Positions 58,345-64,000 of a stretch of 64,000 bases of DNA are shown in pieces. Every line of letters starts with the position of its first letter. Positions within the stretch are counted from its first letter, which is position 1. The position numbers and the translations under genes are program-made. The notes under the pieces were generated by a model. The model was given only the letters and a program-made list of their open reading frames with translations, was not told the DNA's origin and did not search any database. Source of the stretch: Candidatus Bathyarchaeia archaeon (GTDB lineage: Archaea; Thermoproteota; Bathyarchaeia; Bathyarchaeales; Bathycorpusculaceae). The stretch is from the NCBI GenBank assembly GCA_049521795.1, contig JBEKOM010000007.1, positions 1 to 64,000 on the forward strand. The letters are read 5' to 3'.

Positions 58345-58436
58345 GGGTGTTTTCACTGTTTCTTATTGTTTGTACTGCAAACTTAAAAACATTATTGTCC
58401 TACAAACTTGTAAGACTGAGATCTGAGCAGCGCACG

Positions 58437-58451
58437 CTAGTTTCTTCTCAT
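58437..58451 (-). pseudogene. Probable HEPN (DUF86) partner stub, M-R-R-N-stop
   Basis: ATGA overlap with the MNT stop, ending at TAGCGTGCGCT. Confidence 0.5.
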
Positions 58452-58741
58452 ATAGAGACAACTTCTTTTAAGACTGATTCTTTAATCTCTGCTCTTAAGG
58501 CCCTTTTTGGAACAACATCCACCTTCTGTTTCAATCTTCTCTCTAAAAACAGGGAAAGCCCCACTAGGTCAAAAAGGTCTGCTCCCTCTTCAAAATCAAC
58601 AAGAATATCAATATCGCTTCTTCTCTTCCTCTCTCCTCTGACGGTGGAGCCGAAAATCCCTATTTCTTTTACTTTAAACCTCCCTCTGATTTCTCCTTTG
58701 TGTTCCATTAATGCCTCTTTCAGTTCTTCAATTGTTTTCAT
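58448..58741 (-). CDS. Minimal nucleotidyltransferase (MNT antitoxin)
   Basis: IFGSTVRGE...SDIDILVDF...KVDVV. Confidence 0.9.
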   Translation of the reverse strand: MKTIEELKEALMEHKGEIRGRFKVKEIGIFGSTVRGERKRRSDIDILVDFEEGADLFDLVGLSLFLERRLKQKVDVVPKRALRAEIKESVLKEVVSI

Positions 58742-58962
58742 ATTTTTCCCATAAGATTAAATGCCTTGACCTTTTTAAGGATGCTTTAGCGCGCGCGTAG
58801 AACGATAGAAGCAGGGGATCGGAAGTTTTTGGAAAGTGTGGCTGGCAAAGTTCGCCGTTTCCCAAGTTGAAGACTGAAGAATGGATAGTTAATGGGGGTT
58901 GGGTTATTGCATCGCAGAAGGGGCTTGTCAGAGAGCGCTATTCTGTTTAGAAATCGTGCTGC

Positions 58963-59304
58963 TCATTGGGGTTTTATGCATATTTCGTCGTTTTGGAGCC
59001 ACAGTCTTACTTTTCTTCCTTGCTTGATGCCTAGTGTTTTTTCGATTTCTTTTGGTATGTACACAGCTAGGTTGTTTCCGCTTTTTGTGATTGTTCTAGT
59101 TAGGTAGTTGGCTTCTCCGAAGAGTCCTAGGCTTTCGGCTTGTTCCTGTACTCTTTTTGCTTCTTCCAGTGGGATGAGCTCGTTGAGGCAGTTGGGGCAT
59201 CTGTATCCTCTTGTTGGGAGTTGTCCTTTTGGGAAATGGGTGTAGAGGATGTCTGGTTTCATGTCTACGTTGCAGCGGTGGCATTTGGGGTTTGGATTTT
59301 CCAT
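58963..59304 (-). CDS. Zn-ribbon (YgiT/MqsA-like) plus AbrB/MazE-like antitoxin
   Basis: CHRC...CPNC, ITKSGNNLAVYIPKEI...GIKQG. Confidence 0.82.
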   Translation of the reverse strand: MENPNPKCHRCNVDMKPDILYTHFPKGQLPTRGYRCPNCLNELIPLEEAKRVQEQAESLGLFGEANYLTRTITKSGNNLAVYIPKEIEKTLGIKQGRKVRLWLQNDEICIKPQ

Positions 59305-59315
59305 TTTTTCACCTT

Positions 59316-59555
59316 TTAGTCGATTTTCCTTCTAGTGGCCGACACGCCGCGGACTTCTATGTAGTCGTCATGTTCGGTTATATAGGCGATTATGGTTCTA
59401 TTTGCTATCCATTTTCTGTACTGGTCTCCTTCAAATCGGTCTGGGTTTTGAAGAGTTTCTTCCAAGTGTTCTATCTTTATTGGTGGGATTTCGCTGTTCA
59501 TTCCGTCGAAAGCGTGTCTGTTTACCATGACTGGTTTCCCCTTCAATCTAAACAA
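59316..59555 (-). CDS. Probable RelE/DUF4258-like toxin
   Basis: HAFDGM...LEETLQNPD, small, directly upstream of the antitoxin. Confidence 0.6.
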   Translation of the reverse strand: MFRLKGKPVMVNRHAFDGMNSEIPPIKIEHLEETLQNPDRFEGDQYRKWIANRTIIAYITEHDDYIEVRGVSATRRKID

Positions 59556-59907
59556 TGGAGTTCGCCATTTATAAGTATATCGTACTTACTTGTACTTATG
59601 ATTTGCTCCCAGCTGCTTGTGAGCGCGCGCGCACGCTGGGAGCAGAGCGATCATGCGGAGCAATGCGTGAATTGTTACGTGTTTGAGGCGTCTCGTTTTT
59701 CGCGCGAGTTGGGAGAGCTGTGTGGAGACGATCTTGAGGCCTGCGCGGGTTCAATAGGCTTGTGAATTTGGAACCAGCAGCTTTGCATGTTCTGGCTCTT
59801 GAGTGAATTTGCTGTCGGGTCGTGCATGGTGTTTGGGAAGTTCTGCCAGTTGGATGATTTGCTTTTTGTTAGAGTCTGTCTGATGCGGGATTCGTTCCGG
59901 AGCCTGC

Positions 59908-60474
59908 TCACTTGAATATCTTCTCCACTTGCTCTCCGATTCGCTGGGAGAGTCTGTCGATTGCCTTGAGTCCCGCCTCAGTAATGTGTGGAATCAGTTC
60001 GATCTTTTCCATTTGCCAGTGCGTCTTGGCCAGTCTCGCGAGATCCAATGTGTTCTGATCGCAATTGCCACTGAGCACGGCGTCGCAGAGCATCAAAGAA
60101 GAATTAACTTCAGCCGTCCTTTTCATCAACGCGGCTGTGGTTGGCTTTTGCTCAACAGCCTGAGCCTGTTTTGCCTGATCTCTTCTGAAAGTTCCCGGAA
60201 GTCGCTCTTTAGACTCTGTTTCTTTTCTTGCGACGATTATTCTGCATCTCCTCTTTCCCTTCTCTGTTATCCTGTAGAAGTGTTTACGTCCTGTTTTTTC
60301 GACTGAAACGAGACCCTGTTGCGCGCATCTCCGAAGATTCTTCCATAGAGCATCTGCGTTTGGTTTCAGGCCAAAATCTTTCTGCAGCATGATCGCGATC
60401 CGGCTAAGGTCCGTCCATGCGCCATTGTCGAGGATAGCCAAAATATGCATTTTTTCAGTCTTTTCCTTTTCCAT
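59908..60474 (-). CDS. Winged-helix (PadR-like) domain protein
   Basis: ILAIL...LWKNLRRCAQQGLV...YRITEKG. Confidence 0.7.
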   Translation of the reverse strand: MEKEKTEKMHILAILDNGAWTDLSRIAIMLQKDFGLKPNADALWKNLRRCAQQGLVSVEKTGRKHFYRITEKGKRRCRIIVARKETESKERLPGTFRRDQAKQAQAVEQKPTTAALMKRTAEVNSSLMLCDAVLSGNCDQNTLDLARLAKTHWQMEKIELIPHITEAGLKAIDRLSQRIGEQVEKIFK

Positions 60475-60795
60475 TTTTGTCAGCCCTGTATTCTCTTGTT
60501 AAGGCTTACGAGCCTTAAAAGGTGGACATCTAGATGTCCACTTTGTTCCTTGCTTTCCCATGCCAAGAGCGATGAAGCCTCTCTACCTGGTAGAGAGACT
60601 TGTCCAGTGAGCTGTTGACAAGAGCCTTGCAGGGCGACCGCCTTCTGGTTCGCTATTCGTCGCTGCCAACCAATAAGAACGAACTCGTCTGGTTGCAAAG
60701 GATTTAAACAACACGACCCAGCACAGTGACCCATTCACCCAAGGTGACGGACTGCGTCAAAATCCAGACTCAAGAAGCTCCTTGCAAAGGTTCGC

Positions 60796-61386
60796 ATGTT
60801 TCTCAAAGGTTTCTATGAAGCGCTCTACGGCCTGGTCCTGCACACCTTCAAAAACATCAACCGCAGAATCAAATCTAGATTTCCCCTTTACCGCATGCAC
60901 GAGGAAACGACAGAGCATGTTCAACACGCCCTCCAAGTGTTCGTATGGCTAATCCTGCCTCTCGGCCTCGTTTACCTGTTTGGAAGCCAATTTCTCTTCC
61001 ACCAAAACCTTTGGGGCTCAATGCTCTGGGGAACAGCCGTCTACTTCTACAGCAACTTCCTCCCCGATCTTCCTGCAATCAACAGAAAACAGAAACGCCA
61101 CCCAGAAGCCCCCGATCTTCCATGGTACAAAAAATATGCTCTGTTGCTCTTTGCACCACTTTTTGTGTGGCTGCTTTTTTCCGATGTGCGACTAGACTGG
61201 AGAACCGAAGAAACATACCACAACTTCACATCCCTAGCTGTTTACGGAATGTTCCTCTTCGCTGTCAGCCTCCTCGCTTTTGCCAGCATACCCTTGACAA
61301 TTCCAAGCCTGCTCGAAGCTCTTTTTCTATTGTTCAGCGGCCTAACAGGCTTTTTGACCCATCTGAAGGTTGACAAAATCTGGTGA
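60796..61386 (+). CDS. Membrane protein, metal-binding hydrolase-like
   Basis: 4-5 TM helices, FLPDL, YHNF, THLKVD. Confidence 0.65.
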   Translation: MFLKGFYEALYGLVLHTFKNINRRIKSRFPLYRMHEETTEHVQHALQVFVWLILPLGLVYLFGSQFLFHQNLWGSMLWGTAVYFYSNFLPDLPAINRKQKRHPEAPDLPWYKKYALLLFAPLFVWLLFSDVRLDWRTEETYHNFTSLAVYGMFLFAVSLLAFASIPLTIPSLLEALFLLFSGLTGFLTHLKVDKIW

Positions 61387-61457
61387 CAACGCCTCTGAAA
61401 AACAGGAACAAATCCTTAAAGCCGAAATGCACACTTTAGTTAGAGCCGTGCCCTCGT

Positions 61458-62699
61458 TTGTTTGACCCCGTCACACTAGCGCTCATAATCGCCGGAGCCA
61501 TCATCATAATAGGCTTTCTCAGCAACTACCTGCTCGAACGCAAGGGTCTACCAGACATGCTTTTCCTCATCGTCCTAGGCATACTGGTCGGACCTGCAAC
61601 AGGATTGGTAGACGCAAGCACAATCATGGGCTTTGCCCCCTACTTGGCTGTTCTGGCCCTGGTCTTCATACTGTTTGACGGCGGAATGGCAATGAACATC
61701 TACCACGTCTTCTCCGAAACCCTCAGAGCAGCCGTCCTGGCCACAGCAGGCTTCACACTAAGCACAATCGCTTCAAGCCTGCTCATCTACTTCCTGCTAA
61801 TTCCAAGTTTCCCGTTTCTTTACGCCTTGTTGTTCGGAACAATTGTCGGAGGCAGCAGTAGCATAATCGTCATGTCCTTGGTATCAAGAATCAAACTCAG
61901 CGAAAAGGGCTCAACACTCCTACGCCTAGAATCAGCCCTCAACGACATATTATGCATCGTGCTGTCCCTCGTCATAATCGAAATAATAACACTTGGCGGA
62001 GCCGTCGACATACCGACGATCGCTAGGTCACTGGCAAGCCGTTTCAGCATAGGCGCCATGCTGGGAATAGTCATCGGCGTCGGTTGGCTCGCCATACTCA
62101 AAAGAATAGTCAAAGCGTCCTACTCCTACATGCTGACGCTTGGGATTGCACTCCTCGCATACGCGCTGTCTGAAACCCTGGGAGGAAGCGGACCATTGTG
62201 TTCACTGCTCTTCGGCATGATGCTGGGAAACGAGAAAGCAATCTACGGAATCCTCAGAATGAAAAAACCACGGGACCAAGTCGTTGACCCTGGATTGAAA
62301 CGGTTCGAATCCGAAATAGCCTTCCTGCTCAGAGCATTCTTCTTCGTTTACATAGGTCTCATCGTCACACTGCCCAGAGTCGCCACAGTTGTGGTTGGAG
62401 CAGCACTTGCTCTGTTCCTGCTTCTGATTAGATACGGCGTCGTCAACCTTGCAACCGTCAAGAGCAAGCTGACCGAAGAACGAGGAATAATGAGTGTGCT
62501 GCTTACAAGAGGCTTAGCATCAGCCGTACTGGCGACACTGACCCTGCAATACGCTGACCCCGTGAAATATCCGGGCGTTGGAGCCCTCTTCCAGCAGTTG
62601 TACCCGCTCTACATCAGCATGACCGTCGTCGTGATACTGGCAACGGCGCTGATCGCAACTGTGGGAATTCCAGTCCTTCAATGGAGAACAAAGCAATAG
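61458..62699 (+). CDS. Cation:proton antiporter (CPA1/NhaP-like)
   Basis: ILFDGG, LESALND, FFFVYIG, RGLASAVLA. Confidence 0.9.
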   Translation: MFDPVTLALIIAGAIIIIGFLSNYLLERKGLPDMLFLIVLGILVGPATGLVDASTIMGFAPYLAVLALVFILFDGGMAMNIYHVFSETLRAAVLATAGFTLSTIASSLLIYFLLIPSFPFLYALLFGTIVGGSSSIIVMSLVSRIKLSEKGSTLLRLESALNDILCIVLSLVIIEIITLGGAVDIPTIARSLASRFSIGAMLGIVIGVGWLAILKRIVKASYSYMLTLGIALLAYALSETLGGSGPLCSLLFGMMLGNEKAIYGILRMKKPRDQVVDPGLKRFESEIAFLLRAFFFVYIGLIVTLPRVATVVVGAALALFLLLIRYGVVNLATVKSKLTEERGIMSVLLTRGLASAVLATLTLQYADPVKYPGVGALFQQLYPLYISMTVVVILATALIATVGIPVLQWRTKQ

Positions 62700-62729
62700 C
62701 TCGGCGCGCGCTAGGATATTCTGAAACAA

Positions 62730-63242
62730 ATGTTAAATTCTCCAAGTTTCATACGTATGGAAATGTCCGACATGATGTTGCAAATGGATTCCAGTCAAGA
62801 AGAGACGTTCCGTCTGTTGACGCATTATTTTGCCGTTAGGCGCGAAGAAATATTGGGTTCCAACCCACCTTCATACGTCAAAGCAATAGTTCCAAGGGTC
62901 CTGTCGCCCCTCTCAGAAGGCAAGGCCGAAGCGACTATAACAAGAAGGGATGGTGGGAGTTATGTTAACATCAATTTTGACTTCAGAAAGGGATATGTCG
63001 AAACTTTTGTTTTGGCAATCGCCATATTTGTCGCCCCGATCCTTTCTCTCGTTACATATTTCACATCAAGCGATTATTACGTGTTATTTGTTGATCTCCT
63101 AGTCGTCCTAGCGGGCGTTGCTGGCGCTATGGCGCTTGAAGGTTACAATGTCCACATCACAAAAAAAAGGCTCATAGATGAATTGCGGCTTATCAACGAA
63201 TTCATCAAGTTTGCCCAACCACAACCCCCGCCGCCTGACTAG
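62730..63242 (+). CDS. Two-TM hypothetical protein
   Basis: Soluble N-domain, 2 TM helices, Pro-rich end. Confidence 0.6.
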   Translation: MLNSPSFIRMEMSDMMLQMDSSQEETFRLLTHYFAVRREEILGSNPPSYVKAIVPRVLSPLSEGKAEATITRRDGGSYVNINFDFRKGYVETFVLAIAIFVAPILSLVTYFTSSDYYVLFVDLLVVLAGVAGAMALEGYNVHITKKRLIDELRLINEFIKFAQPQPPPPD

Positions 63243-63270
63243 CGCGCGCGGCGCGCGGGATCTCGCTAGT

Positions 63271-63780
63271 CTACCTTTTTCTCTTGATGTAAATACCTAG
63301 TCCCAAGAGCATTGCTGCCAGCGGTCCCACGGTGCCTACCACTGGAAAGTCGGGTATTACGAAGAACGATGTTGCTTTGGTTGATATCACGAAGTCTACC
63401 TCTTCTTTTGTCTTGCCATCTGGGCTTTGGAACAGTGCTTGTACTCCCCAGTCTCCGACTGCGGAGACGGAGTGGGTCGAGCTGAAAGTGTTCACTGGGT
63501 TGCCTTTGTACAGCGCGCCTGCAACGGGTGTGCTGTCGACTTCAGGGCCGAATGCTATGCCTTGGTTGGGGTATTTCCATATGAAGGTTACTTGATACAC
63601 ATCCATGTCTGTTGTATATGCAGTGACGACCACGTTGGAGCCTGGTGGAACATTGATTCCATGAAAGTTGCTGTCGACTGCGTAACCGGACGCTAGGCTT
63701 GGGTAAGCTGCATAGGCTACTGTTAGTGCGCTAAGCATCAGAACACCTGCTATGATGAGTATTGCAGTTATTTTCTTCAT
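63271..63780 (-). CDS. Secreted Ig-like protein with PEF-CTERM-like anchor
   Basis: Signal peptide, FFVIPDFP + TM + KRKR. Confidence 0.75.
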   Translation of the reverse strand: MKKITAILIIAGVLMLSALTVAYAAYPSLASGYAVDSNFHGINVPPGSNVVVTAYTTDMDVYQVTFIWKYPNQGIAFGPEVDSTPVAGALYKGNPVNTFSSTHSVSAVGDWGVQALFQSPDGKTKEEVDFVISTKATSFFVIPDFPVVGTVGPLAAMLLGLGIYIKRKR

Positions 63781-64000
63781 CCCTATCTCCTTTAGATTAG
63801 AGTGGAGTCTCAACTTTATAATCCTATATAGAGGATAGTTCTAGCATGCACGCTCAAACGCAAGAAAGTCTGAACAGGCGCATACTGTTGAAAGTGCTCG
63901 GCGCACCTCAAATGCGCCAAACATTTCTTATTTGTAAATGGTTTATATTCTGCCTAATTCTGATAGGGCGCGCTATTCATCGCGCGCGCGTGTAGGGCGC

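Larger units (their letters stand above)
688..63990. repeat. Highly iterated intergenic palindrome WAGCGCGCGCTW / (CG)3-5
   Basis: About 40 copies by manual count, e.g. 688, 1848, 2330, 2413, 6092, 11096, 29309, 31018, 31820, 47919, 52711, 53514, 54773, 57649, 58787, 59623, 63240. Confidence 0.85.

Noticed and set aside
59283-59300. TTTGGGGTTTGG as another G-rich arm
   Set aside because: It is the antisense of the MENPNPK codons of the antitoxin, with no core beside it.
57640-59640. Classical integron cassette array
   Set aside because: No GTTRRRY/RYYYAAC attC hairpins or intI, and the genes carry their own promoters.

Overview
Archaeal chromosomal segment, most likely Bathyarchaeia. This is inferred from GGTGA/GGAGG Shine-Dalgarno sites, TATA promoters, intron-containing tRNAs, XPB-Bax1, a Cren7-like protein, and cohesin/dockerin and PEF-CTERM-like surface proteins. 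The window holds about 55 CDS and 3 tRNAs (Val-CAC and Phe-GAA with introns, Gly-GCC). Housekeeping blocks include purE-purC-purP, hypA plus an Mrp-type hypB, methylmalonyl-CoA mutase/epimerase with a transcarboxylase-like 12S/5S/1.3S set, class II RNR, and PDO-CopA-YHS. These are interleaved with accessory single genes, toxin-antitoxin modules and gene scraps. Three patterns are not explained by the annotation. (1) A highly iterated palindrome, WAGCGCGCGCTW (about 40 copies by eye), sits almost only between genes and coincides with the break-points of truncated genes (HEPN stub, dockerin scrap), suggesting a HIP1-like gene-shuffling or deletion system. (2) A 16-bp quasi-palindromic core, GGGTAAAGTTTTATCC, occurs four times. 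Twice it is a perfect direct repeat enclosing a 2-kb cargo with inverted AACCAAC-(GAC)n ends, a candidate non-autonomous mobile element with no recombinase in the window. (3) Four genes appear to initiate at ACG with well-spaced SD motifs. All protein calls come from motif recognition by eye, and no database searches were run.
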